From an uncultured delta proteobacterium (lineage in GTDB: Bacteria; Myxococcota; Myxococcia; Myxococcales; Anaeromyxobacteraceae), in assembly GCA_963828255.1 (NCBI GenBank), contig CAWHDZ010000021.1, forward strand, positions 1 to 64,000: a DNA stretch of 64,000 nt, in the 5' to 3' direction. The notes beneath the pieces are model-generated. The model had not been told where the DNA came from, made no database searches, and saw only the letters and a list, made by a program, of their open reading frames with translations. A program made the position numbers and the translations under genes. Below, piece by piece: positions 20,489 through 33,687 of the stretch (its first letter is position 1; each line of letters starts with the position of its first letter).

Positions 20489-21507
20489 TCAGGGGACCAG
20501 CAGCACCTTCCCCACGCTTCCCCTGCCTTGCAGCCGCTGGTGGGCCGCCCCGGCCTCCCCGAAGCGGAAGGTCGAGTCGACCCGGGGGCGGATCTTCCCC
20601 TCGCGGAAGAGCCCGAGCAGCGCCTCGAGCTCGCCCATCACCATCTCGGGCTCGCCCCAGAGGTGGCCCAGGTTCACGCCCGCGACCCCCCGGTTGTCGT
20701 CCATGAGCGTGATGGGCGAGAAGCGGGGCACGGAGAGAAGCTGCCGGGCGGCCACGAGCAGCGATCGGCGCGGCCCGGTGGCCAGGTTGGCGAACCCGTA
20801 GGTGACGAGCATCCCGCCCGGACGGAGCAGGCGGTAGCCCTTCCTCCAGTCGGCCCCTCCCAGCGCGTCGAGGACCAGGTCCACGCCACGTCCGCCCGAG
20901 AGCCTCCGGACCTCGGCCTCGTAGTCGCGGCTCCGGTAGTCGATGGGTGATCGCACCCCTCCGCCCGGATGACCTCGTGCTTCCCCGCCGAGGCGGTGCC
21001 GTACACCGTGACCCCGGGGACGGTCCGGCAGAGCTGGAGGGCGGCGATGCCCACCCCGCCCGCCGCCATGTGGACGAGCACCGCCTGCCCGCGCGAGAGG
21101 CGGCCGATCCGGAAGAGGGAGTGGTAGGCGGTGAGATAGTTCACCGGAAGTGCGGCACCCTGCTCGAAGGTCATCCCGTCGGGCATGGGGATGGCCTGCG
21201 ACGCTGGAAGGATCACCTTCCCGGCCTGCCCTCCGAAGCGGACCAGGGCCAGCACGCGATCCCCTGGCGCCGGAGAGGTCACGCCCGGTCCCAACGCGTC
21301 AACCTCTCCCGCCACCTCGAACCCGACCACCGTGGGGAGCTTGGGGGCGTCCGGGTAGAGCCCCATCCGCGCCATCACGTCGGCGAAGTTGAGCCCCGCG
21401 GCCCGGACGGCGATGCGCACCTGCCCCGGGCCCGGGACCGGATCGGGGACCTCGCGGACCTCGAGCACCTCGGGACCGCCGCGTCGGGTGATGAAGACGG
21501 CCTGCGT
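20489..21507 (-). pseudogene. MDR-family quinone oxidoreductase (VAT-1-like); start codon reads ACG and frameshift near 20945
   Basis: 'GLNFADVMARMGLYP', 'PVNYLTAY', 'HMAAGGVG' in one frame, 'IDYR...GVDLVLDALG...GKVLL' in another. AGGAG SD precedes ACG-CAG-GCC-GTC-TTC-ATC at 21507. Confidence 0.7.
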
Positions 21508-21517
21508 GGGGTTGCTC

Positions 21518-23161
21518 CTAACCGGGCCCGGACGATCCGTCCCCGGGGGGACGGGCGGGCGCTGCGTGCCAGCCTGACCGGGGAACCAGCTTCGGGCTGG
21601 CCGGATCGGCCAGGTAGTGGGGAGACATGATCTGCACGCCGTACTCGTTGAACACGTCCTGGATGTTGGCGTGCAACGCCGAGAGGATGAGGGCGCGGGG
21701 CACGGGGCGCTCCGGGATGGCGTAGGTCACCAGCCGGTACTCCACGTAGAAGTCGGCCAGCGCGGTCTGGTGGACGCGGGAGGGAGGCTCCTGGACGACG
21801 CCGTCGGTGCGGCGCGCGGCCTCGAGCAGCATGGCCTCGACCTGGCGCCAGGGCGCGTCGTAGCCGATGGTCACCACCGTGTCGAGGACGAAGCCGGGAC
21901 CGGTCACGGCGCGCGAGTAGTTCTTGGTGACCGCGCCGACGACGATCGCGTTGGAGATGGTGAGCTCCTCCCCCAGGCCGGTCCGGATCCGGGTGACGAA
22001 GAGGCCGGACTCGACCACGGTCCCCTCGAACTCGTTGATGCGCACGTACTCCCCGGCCCGCAGGGTCTTCGTGTACATGAGGATGAGGCCGGACGCCGCC
22101 TGCCCGATCATGCTGGTGGCGCCCAGCGAGATCATGAGCCCCACCAGCACCGAGAGCCCCCTGAAGGCCTCGGTCTGGGCGCCCGGCAGGTAGGGGTAGG
22201 CCATGGCCAGCGCGAAGAGCCAGATGATCAGGCTGACGATCCGGCGGGTGGGGCGGACGGTGTCGGAGTCCAGCCAGCGAAGACGGACGCCTCCCTGCGC
22301 GGCCCGGTCGAAGAGCGAGTTGGAGATCTCCACCGCGAAGCGGGCCACCACGAAGATGACCGCGGCCAGGACGATGCCCGGGACGGCCCCGACCACGGCC
22401 TGGACGATCCCCGAGACGAGCCCGGCCAGGAAGCGGACGAGCCCCTCCCCCCAGGGGCGGGTGTACGGGAAGCGCCCCAGGACGAAGGCGGTCCACTCGT
22501 ACGCCAGCAGCGCGATCACCGCCCAGGAGATGCCCTTCACGACCCAGGTGACGAACTTGACCAGCCTGTCCCGTCCGAGCACCTCGGCGTCCCCCAGCCG
22601 CAGCTTGCCTCCGTGTCGCGCGACGAGCGCGGCCAGCCGGTCGGTGGCGGCCCGGCGGGCGCGGCGGACGCCCCAGACGAGGAGGAGGAAGAGCGCGGTG
22701 GCCGCGAGCGCGGTGAGGAATCCATAGAAGAGGGCCCGCACGTCCCGCCCCTCCCGCGTCTCCGCGGCCACCTGCCTGAGCGCCGCGGCGGCGCGCCGGG
22801 CGACGTCGTCGATCGTCTCCTCGGCCAGGGGGTCCACGTCCTCGCCGGCCAGGACGAAGGCCATGGCCCCGTCGATGGCGACCACCTGCCCGACCGGGGT
22901 CGTCTTGATCGTCACCTCGTGCTTTCCGGGCCGGGAAAGCAGTTCCTCGATCCGCTCCTCGCCCCGCACCGCCCGGTCGGCGGCGCTCACGCCCAGGACA
23001 GGGGCCCGGAAGGTGGCGATGGTCCTGTTGAAGACGACCAGGTCGGCGGACGGACCCACCGCCTTGCCGGGCACCGCACCGGGCGCTCCCTCCGCGGCCC
23101 GGCCCACGGGCGACACGAGGAGGGTGGCCGCGAGGGCGACCATCGTCAGTGAGGTGCGCAT
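21518..23161 (-). CDS. MscS-family mechanosensitive channel with periplasmic N-terminal domain
   Basis: Signal peptide, several TM helices, 'GEYVRINEFEGTV', 'VTIGYDAPWRQV', 'IQDVFNEYGVQIMSPHY'. Confidence 0.88.
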   Translation of the reverse strand: MRTSLTMVALAATLLVSPVGRAAEGAPGAVPGKAVGPSADLVVFNRTIATFRAPVLGVSAADRAVRGEERIEELLSRPGKHEVTIKTTPVGQVVAIDGAMAFVLAGEDVDPLAEETIDDVARRAAAALRQVAAETREGRDVRALFYGFLTALAATALFLLLVWGVRRARRAATDRLAALVARHGGKLRLGDAEVLGRDRLVKFVTWVVKGISWAVIALLAYEWTAFVLGRFPYTRPWGEGLVRFLAGLVSGIVQAVVGAVPGIVLAAVIFVVARFAVEISNSLFDRAAQGGVRLRWLDSDTVRPTRRIVSLIIWLFALAMAYPYLPGAQTEAFRGLSVLVGLMISLGATSMIGQAASGLILMYTKTLRAGEYVRINEFEGTVVESGLFVTRIRTGLGEELTISNAIVVGAVTKNYSRAVTGPGFVLDTVVTIGYDAPWRQVEAMLLEAARRTDGVVQEPPSRVHQTALADFYVEYRLVTYAIPERPVPRALILSALHANIQDVFNEYGVQIMSPHYLADPASPKLVPRSGWHAAPARPPGDGSSGPG

Positions 23162-23217
23162 CCGGGGAGAATCACCGAGTGGCGTCCGGGGGGCAAGCCC
23201 GCGATAGTGGGGAATCG

Positions 23218-23714
23218 ATGCTTGACGTCCCCGACCACCCCACCCCGGACGGCGGACGGGGTCCCTCCTCGCTCCTGCGAGACGAGTGGACCCTGGTCCT
23301 CGCCACCTCCGACCCCGGGCCCTGGTCCGCGCCGGTCTACTTCGTCCACGTGCGCGGAAAGCTCTACCTCTTCTCCAGCCCGGAGAGCCGCCACGTGCGG
23401 GGCGCGCTCGGGGGCAGGCGCTGCGCCGGGTCGATCCACCGCGCCAGCCAGGACTGGCGGGAGATCGAGGGGCTTCAGATGGACGGGAGGCTCACCGAGG
23501 TCCCGCCGGGGAGCGAGGCCGAGGAGGCCTTCGCGGCGTACGTCCGCAAGTTCCCCACCGTGAACGACCTCCTCCGCGGGGAACCGTCCGACCTGGCCCA
23601 TTTCACCCTGCGCTTCCGGGCCCGGATGTACGCATTCGTCCCGGAGAGCGTCTTCCACGTGGACAACCGGGGCGGCATGACCGGCCGGCGGGCCGTCCGC
23701 CTCCCGGAGGATCC

Positions 23715-23718
<4 letters not shown>
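23218..23718 (+). CDS. Pyridoxamine 5'-phosphate oxidase-like (split-barrel) protein
   Basis: 'LVLAT...PWSAPVYF', 'SSPESRH', 'IEGLQMDG', 'DNRGG'. Confidence 0.75.
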
Positions 23719-24596
<878 letters not shown>

Positions 24597-25839
24597 CGGA
24601 CCAGGCCGAGCACCACGGCGATCCCGACCACGGTGATGCCGGCGTCGAAGGCCAGCGCACCGCGCGCCCCCGCCTCCCGGGTCCACTCGCCCGAGAACCC
24701 GCGAAATCCGCTGGCCATCCCGTTCAGCTTGGTCACCGTGCTGATGGCGAAGTTGGAGGAGGCCACGAAGAGTGCGTACTTGGTGGCCACGGCCGCGCTG
24801 TCGCCCACCACCTCGAGGACCATCCCGGCCCAGGTGGCGAAGGCGATTCCGTTGGCGAAGCTGTAGGCCAGCGTGCCGACCATGTAGGTCGTCGGCGTGA
24901 GCGGCGCCGCCAGCATCCCGACCGCCGACAGTGCCGTGAGCCCTCCGGCCAGGGCGTAGGCCAGGCGCCGGTTCATCCGGTCGGCGAGGAGCCCTCCCGC
25001 GAGCGAGCCGAGCGCGCCGGCCAGCCCGCCGCCCAGGCCGTTCACCACCTCGACCACGCGCTGGTCGGCGCCGTACTCGATGGCCATCCCGGCGAAGAGG
25101 TTGGTGAGCGCGCCGCAGCCCACCGGCGCGATCGAGATGACGAGCGCGGTGAAGCCCTGCATGCTGGAGGCGGTCTCCCAGAGGTCGCGCCACATGGCCG
25201 CGATCCGGCGACCGAGCGCCCGCAGCACGCCGCCGGCCAGGACCACCGCGTGGGAGGCCCGCCGCTCGTGGATGGTCGCCGCCCCCGCCCCGGATGCGAC
25301 GACGACGAGCGCGAGGACGATTCCCCCGGCCCAGGGAGCGACAGCGCTGGAGAGCCAGAGGGCGAGAGCCCCCAGGATGCCCGTTCCGCCGACGTTTCCC
25401 GCCATGTAGAAGCCGCCCGCCTTGCCCTTGTCGTCGGGGTGGGTGGTCATGGCGATGAGGGCGTTGAGCGCCCCCGAGGTGGTGGCCGCCGCCGCCTGCA
25501 GCGCCGTCACCAGCACCGTGAGGAGTCCGAGGTGACGGGCCGGGTCGGGGACCAGCGAGGCCGCGGCGAGCAGCGCCGCGGTCACCCCCACCATGGAGAG
25601 GTACCAGCCCTTCCTCCGCCCGATCAGGTCGATGAGCGGGACCCAGAGGATCTTGAGGGCGTGTGGCATGAACCCCACCGCCGAGACGGTGGCGATGTCG
25701 GAGAGGGGGACACCCGCCGCCGACAGGCGGAACGGGACGGCGATCATGAGGAAGCCGATGGCCGCCCCGAACGGAAGCTCGAGGAGCAGGAAGAGCCATG
25801 GGGGGGTGAAGCGCTGCTGCTCGACCTCGACGTGCTCGG

Positions 25840-28398
<2,559 letters not shown>

Positions 28399-28494
28399 GC
28401 GTTGACCTCCGGGTCGTCGGGACGTTTACAGGGGTGGGCACCGCCGGGCCAGCGGATTCCACGCCGGGCGAGGTATCGTGGTCCCGGAGGCGGC

Positions 28495-29478
28495 ATGCGC
28501 GCAATGGTCCTCGAGGCGCCCGGCAGGGGCCTCACGGCGATGGAGTTGCCGGACCCCCGGCCCGGGCCCGGACAGGTCCTCGTCGAGGTGAAGGCATGCG
28601 GGGTCTGCCGGACCGACCTCCACGTCGTGGACGGCGACCTCCCGTTCCCCGGACACCGGGTCGTGCCGGGGCACGAGGTGGTGGGGCGTGTGATCGGGGC
28701 CGGGAGCGGCGCGGTGCGGTTCCGCCCGGGCGACCGGGTGGGCATCCCCTGGCTCGGCTTCACCTGCGGGGAATGCTCCTTCTGCCGATCGGGCCGGGAG
28801 AACCTCTGCGCAGGCGCGCGCTTCACCGGTTACCACCTCGACGGGGGGTTCGCCTCCCTCGCCGTGGCCGACGAGCGGTACGCCTTCCCGCTGCCGGACC
28901 GCTTCGCCGACGCCGAGGCCGCCCCCCTGCTCTGCGCCGGGCTCATCGGCTACAGGAGCTGGAAGCCGGTGCGGGAGGCCCGCCGGCTGGGGATCTACGG
29001 CTTCGGCGCCGCCGGCCACATCGTGGCCCAGCTGGCCCGGCACGCGGGGCAGGAGGTGTTCGCCTTCACGAGGACTTCCAGCGGCCCGCCGGTGGACCTT
29101 GCCCGCCGCCTGGGGGCAAGCTGGGTGGGAACGTCGGCGGAGGCTCCGCCTGTCCTGCTCGACGCCGCCATCCTCTTCGCGCCCGCCGGCGAGCTGGTGC
29201 CCGCGGCCCTGCGCGCCGTGGACCGCGGAGGGACGGTGGTCTGCGGGGGCATCCACATGACCGACATCCCGTCCTTCCCCTACGCGCTGCTCTGGGGGGA
29301 ACGCTCGGTCCGCTCGGTCGCCAACCTCACCCGCGCCGACGCCGACGCGTTCCTCGCACTGGCCGACCGGATCCCGGTCCGTGCCGAGGTCACGACGATG
29401 CCCCTCGAGGGAGCCGGCCGGGCGCTCGACGACCTCCGGGCAGGCCGTGTCGGGGGAGCGGTGGTTCTCCTACCGTGA
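28495..29478 (+). CDS. Zinc-dependent alcohol dehydrogenase
   Basis: 'CGVCRTDLH', GHE, structural Zn 'CGECSFCRSGRENLC', 'CAGLIG', GFGAAG. Confidence 0.93.
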   Translation: MRAMVLEAPGRGLTAMELPDPRPGPGQVLVEVKACGVCRTDLHVVDGDLPFPGHRVVPGHEVVGRVIGAGSGAVRFRPGDRVGIPWLGFTCGECSFCRSGRENLCAGARFTGYHLDGGFASLAVADERYAFPLPDRFADAEAAPLLCAGLIGYRSWKPVREARRLGIYGFGAAGHIVAQLARHAGQEVFAFTRTSSGPPVDLARRLGASWVGTSAEAPPVLLDAAILFAPAGELVPAALRAVDRGGTVVCGGIHMTDIPSFPYALLWGERSVRSVANLTRADADAFLALADRIPVRAEVTTMPLEGAGRALDDLRAGRVGGAVVLLP

Positions 29479-29540
29479 AGATGCACCCTTCAGGGACGGC
29501 AAGGGTCCCCAGCGTGGGCACCCAGGAGCGCACCTGAAAC

Positions 29541-29759
29541 ATACACGTCATCTGCGACGTCACCGTCGTGAAGAAGGCCGACGGGGTGGTGAGCGAGATG
29601 CCGGGCGACCTCGGCGACTTCGAGGTCCAGGCCGGTTCGGTGGAGAAGAACCGGGGCGGCGTGTTCGGGGCCCTGAAGGCCCACGCCCACATGGTTCCCA
29701 ACGACGCGAAGGACGAGGCGGAGATCCAGGTCAGCGTGGAGTTCCTGGTCGGCTGGTAG
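29541..29759 (+). CDS. Small hypothetical protein, start uncertain
   Basis: Open frame 'IHVICDVTVVKKADG...VEFLVGW' with strong GC3 bias and AGGAG upstream, but no canonical start at SD spacing. Confidence 0.45.
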   Translation: MHVICDVTVVKKADGVVSEMPGDLGDFEVQAGSVEKNRGGVFGALKAHAHMVPNDAKDEAEIQVSVEFLVGW

Positions 29760-29784
29760 AGGTCTTGTCGTGCAATGATGGGGC

Positions 29785-31251
29785 ATGGACCTCGTCACCG
29801 GAGCGACGGGCTACGTCGGAGGGAGGCTCGTACCCCGGCTCGTCGAGGCCGGACGACCCGTCCGCGTCCTGGCCCGGGACCCTGCCCGCCTGGCCGGCCG
29901 TCCCTGGGCTGGGGCGGTCGAGGTCGTCCAGGGCGACGTCCACGATCCCTCCACCCTCCCCGCGGCGCTCGACGGGGTCGAGGTCGCCTACTACCTCGTC
30001 CACAGCATGGGCGAGCACGCCGCCTTCGCGGCGCGCGACCGGGACGCCGCGCGCGCGTTCGGGCTCGCGGCCCGCGACGCGGGGGTGAAGCGCATCGTCT
30101 ACCTGGGAGGGCTGGGCGCCGCCGATTCGGGGCTCTCCGACCACCTGCGTTCTCGCCAGGAGACCGGCGAGGCGCTGCGGAGCGGCGGGGTCCCGGTCAC
30201 CGAGTTCCGGGCCGCGGTCATCGTGGGGAGTGGCAGCATCTCCTTCGAGATGATCCGATGGCTGGTGGAGCGGCTCCCGGTGATGATCTGCCCGCGCTGG
30301 GTCTTCCAGCGCATCCAGCCGGTGGCCATCTCCGACGTCCTCTCCTACCTCCTCGCCGCGCCTTCCGTCCCCGGGGCGGCCGACCGGGTCGTCGAGATCG
30401 GAGGGGCCGACGTCCTCACCTACCGGGACATGATGCTCGGCTACGCCGCGAAGCGGGGGCTCCGGCGACGCCTCGTGCCCGTGCCCGTGCTCACCCCCCG
30501 CCTCTCCTCCCACTGGGTGCGCTGGATGACGCCGGTCCCCGCCGCGATCGCCCGACCTCTCGTGGAGGGGCTCCGCAACGAGGTCGTCGTCCGGGACGAC
30601 TCGGCCCTCCGGCTCTTCCCCGCCATCCACCCGCTCACCTACGGGCAGGCGCTCGATCGCGCCCTGGAGAAGCTCGAGCGCGGCGAGGTGGAGACCGCCT
30701 GGAGCGACGCGCTCTCGAACTCACCGCCCGGCGTTCCCAGCGTGACGCTCTCCACCGTGGAGGGCATGATCATCGAGCGGCGCACCGTGCAGGTGGACCT
30801 GCCCCCCGAGCCGCTCTTCCGCGCCTTCACGGGGCTGGGCGGCGAGCGCGGCTGGCTCTACATGGACTGGGCCTGGGAGATCCGGGGCGTCATGGACCAG
30901 CTGGCCGGCGGCCCGGGCTTCCGGCGCGGTCGGCGCGACCCCGACCACCTCCGTCCGGGCGACGCACTCGACTTCTGGCGCGTCGAGGCCGTCGAGCCGG
31001 GTCGCATGCTCCGGCTCCGGGCCGAGATGAAGGTCCCCGGGCGCGCCTGGCTCCAGTTCGAGGCCCAGCCTCGCGACGGCGGCTCCCTCCTCAGCCAGAC
31101 CGCCTACTTCGCGCCGCGCGGCCTGGCCGGGCACCTCTACTGGTACCTGCTCTACCCCGTCCACGCCGCCATCTTCGGGAACCTGGTCCGCCGCGTGGCC
31201 GAGCGCGGCCGCGCGCTGGCGGTGAACCTGCTCCCCCGGGGTACACCATGA
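29785..31251 (+). CDS. Atypical SDR with C-terminal DUF2867 domain (YbjT-like)
   Basis: TGATGYVG, 'YYLVHSM', 'HLRSRQE', 'GSGSISFEM', 'DFWRVE', 'AEMKVPGRAWL'. Confidence 0.88.
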   Translation: MDLVTGATGYVGGRLVPRLVEAGRPVRVLARDPARLAGRPWAGAVEVVQGDVHDPSTLPAALDGVEVAYYLVHSMGEHAAFAARDRDAARAFGLAARDAGVKRIVYLGGLGAADSGLSDHLRSRQETGEALRSGGVPVTEFRAAVIVGSGSISFEMIRWLVERLPVMICPRWVFQRIQPVAISDVLSYLLAAPSVPGAADRVVEIGGADVLTYRDMMLGYAAKRGLRRRLVPVPVLTPRLSSHWVRWMTPVPAAIARPLVEGLRNEVVVRDDSALRLFPAIHPLTYGQALDRALEKLERGEVETAWSDALSNSPPGVPSVTLSTVEGMIIERRTVQVDLPPEPLFRAFTGLGGERGWLYMDWAWEIRGVMDQLAGGPGFRRGRRDPDHLRPGDALDFWRVEAVEPGRMLRLRAEMKVPGRAWLQFEAQPRDGGSLLSQTAYFAPRGLAGHLYWYLLYPVHAAIFGNLVRRVAERGRALAVNLLPRGTP

Positions 31252-32732
31252 GTCACGTTCCCCCCGAGCGCATCCGCACGGCCGGCGCCGCCCCGATCCG
31301 GCGCGACGGGGAGTACGTCCTGGTCTGGACCACCGCCTTCCGCCGGACCTCCTGGAACTTCACCCTCGACCGGGCCATCGAGTGGTCCCGAACCCTCCAC
31401 CGTCCCATCCTGGTCCTCGAGGCGCTCCGCGCCGCCTATCCGCACGCCAGCGACCGGCTCCACGCCTTCGTCCTGCAGGGGATGGCCGACGGCGACCGCG
31501 CCTATGCCGACGCCGGCATCGCCTACCACCCCTACGTCGAGCCCGCTCCCGGGGCGGGGCGCGGCCTTCTCGCGGCGCTGGCGGCCCGAGCCTGCCTGGT
31601 GGTGACCGACGACGCCCCCTTCTTCTTCCACCCGCGCATGCTGGCCGCCGCGGCGGCGCGGCTCCCGGTCCTGGTCGAGGCGGTGGACGGGAACGGCCTG
31701 CTCCCGGTCCGTCTCGCTCCCACCACCTTCCCGACGGCCTACGCCTTCCGCCGGTACCTCCAGGTCGAGCTGCCGGAGAGGCTTTCGGCCTTCCCGTCCA
31801 CCGACCCCCTCGACGCCGACGGTGCGGCGGGAGCCACCATTCCCGACGAGGTCTCCTCCCGCTGGTCCCGGGCCGCGCCGGAACTCCTCGCGGCCAGCCC
31901 CGCCGCCCTCCGCGCCCTCCCCATCGACCACGGCGTGGCCCCCGTCGCCGATGCACGGGGCGGGAGCGTCGCCGGGCGGGCCGTCCTGTCGTCCTTCATC
32001 GGCGAGCGCCTCCAGAGATACCTCGAGCGCAGCAACCCAGACGCCGACGGCTCGAGCGGCCTCTCCCCGTGGATCCACTTCGGCCAGGTCTCGACCCACG
32101 AGGTCTTCCGGGCCCTGGCTCGGCACGAGTCCTGGAAGCCGGCCCGGCTCGGCCTCGGTCGAGGTGGGAAGCGGGAGGGGTTCTGGGGCATGAGCCCCCA
32201 GGCCGAGTCCTTTCTCGACGAGCTGGTGACCTGGCGCGAGGTGGGATTCAACATGCTGGTCCGCCGTCCGGAGGCGGCCCACGACTTCGAGTCGCTGCCC
32301 CCCTGGGCCATCCGCACCCTCGACGCCCACGCCGGCGACAGGCGCGACCCGACCTACGACCGGGAGACGCTGGAGCGGGCGGCGACCCACGACGAGGTCT
32401 GGAACGCCGCGCAGCGCGAGCTGCTCGTGCGGGGGCGCATCCACAACTACATGCGCATGCTCTGGGGCAAGAAGATCCTCCAGTGGAGCGCCTCGCCGCG
32501 GGAGGCGCTCGCGACCATGCTCCACCTGAACGACCGCTGGGCCCTCGACGGGCGGGACCCCGGCTCGGCCTCCGGCATCTTCTGGTGCCTGGGGCGGTAC
32601 GACCGGCCCTGGGCGCCGGAGCGCCCTGTCTTCGGGGTGATCCGCTACATGTCGTCGGAGAACACGGTCCGGAAGCTCGAACTCTCGGCCTACCTGCGCC
32701 GCTTCGGCCCTAGACGTGGTTCCGGAGCATGA
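31248..32732 (+). CDS. phr: Class II CPD photolyase
   Basis: 'SGLSPWIHFGQVS', 'FLDELVTWRE', 'THDEVWNAAQ', 'IHNYMRMLWGKKILQW', 'LNDRWALDGRDP'. Confidence 0.9.
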   Translation: MSHVPPERIRTAGAAPIRRDGEYVLVWTTAFRRTSWNFTLDRAIEWSRTLHRPILVLEALRAAYPHASDRLHAFVLQGMADGDRAYADAGIAYHPYVEPAPGAGRGLLAALAARACLVVTDDAPFFFHPRMLAAAAARLPVLVEAVDGNGLLPVRLAPTTFPTAYAFRRYLQVELPERLSAFPSTDPLDADGAAGATIPDEVSSRWSRAAPELLAASPAALRALPIDHGVAPVADARGGSVAGRAVLSSFIGERLQRYLERSNPDADGSSGLSPWIHFGQVSTHEVFRALARHESWKPARLGLGRGGKREGFWGMSPQAESFLDELVTWREVGFNMLVRRPEAAHDFESLPPWAIRTLDAHAGDRRDPTYDRETLERAATHDEVWNAAQRELLVRGRIHNYMRMLWGKKILQWSASPREALATMLHLNDRWALDGRDPGSASGIFWCLGRYDRPWAPERPVFGVIRYMSSENTVRKLELSAYLRRFGPRRGSGA

Positions 32733-33672
32733 GCTCCTTCGGGTGCGGCGCCAGGTGTGTCTGCCCCTGGAGGTAGGCGACGCCGAGCTTGCGGACGTGG
32801 TGCCGGAGGAGGGTGAGGGGAACGACGAGCGGCACCAGCTTCTGCCGGTAGTCCCGGATGGCGTCGTGGAGCTCCGCCTTCTCGTCGTCGGGCAATAGAT
32901 CTTTGAAGTAGCCGGCCATGTGCTGCATCACGTTCACCTGCTTGCCCGGCGTGGCCGGCTTCGCCATGGTCCGCATGAAGATCTCGCCATAGCGGGCGGC
33001 CACCTCGTCGCGCGTCATCGCCTTCGCCTTCGCGACGATGGGGCCGAGCCTGCGGTAGCCGTCCGGGTCGTGGGCCAGGAGCAGCAGCTTCTCGGCGGTG
33101 TGGTAGGCCACCAGACCTCCCACCGTCCACCGCCCGGTGAAGAAATCCTTCAGCCGGCGGTAGGCGAAGACCCGCTCGACGAAGTTCTCGCGCAGTTCGG
33201 GGTCGTTGAGCCTCCCCTCCTCCTCCACGGGGAGGAGCGGCAGCCGGTCGAGCAGCGCCGCGGCGAAGAGGCCGCGCCCGTTCTTCGTGGGTGCCCCCTT
33301 GGCATAGACCCGGACCCGCTCCATGCCGCAGCTCGGGGAGTCCTTCTTGAGGACGTAGCCGCACAGGTCGAGCTTCTCGATCTCCGACACCTTCCGCGCG
33401 GCCCACCGCTCCATGGCCCCGGTGTGGTCGATGCCGTTCTTCGGGTCGACGAGGCGGGTCGCCTCGCCGTGCCGCTCCAGCCGGATGGTCGGGCGCGGGA
33501 TGCTCATCCCGACCTCGACCTCCGGACAGATCGGGACGAACGCGACGAAGCGTCCCAGCAGCCCGGTGACGAAGTCGTCCTTCTTGTGGCCCCCGTCGTA
33601 GCGGACGTTCTGCCCGAGCAGGCAGGAGGAGACGCCGATGCGAATGGATGCGTTCGTGGCAACGTCGTTCAT
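32710..33672 (-). CDS. DUF523-DUF1722 (YbgA-like) protein
   Basis: 'IGVSSCLLGQNVRYDGGHK', 'CPEVE', 'KKDSPSCG', 'VEEEGRLND', C-terminal 'LRNHV'. Confidence 0.9.
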   Translation of the reverse strand: MNDVATNASIRIGVSSCLLGQNVRYDGGHKKDDFVTGLLGRFVAFVPICPEVEVGMSIPRPTIRLERHGEATRLVDPKNGIDHTGAMERWAARKVSEIEKLDLCGYVLKKDSPSCGMERVRVYAKGAPTKNGRGLFAAALLDRLPLLPVEEEGRLNDPELRENFVERVFAYRRLKDFFTGRWTVGGLVAYHTAEKLLLLAHDPDGYRRLGPIVAKAKAMTRDEVAARYGEIFMRTMAKPATPGKQVNVMQHMAGYFKDLLPDDEKAELHDAIRDYRQKLVPLVVPLTLLRHHVRKLGVAYLQGQTHLAPHPKELMLRNHV

Positions 33673-33687
33673 CGGATCTCCCGGTGT

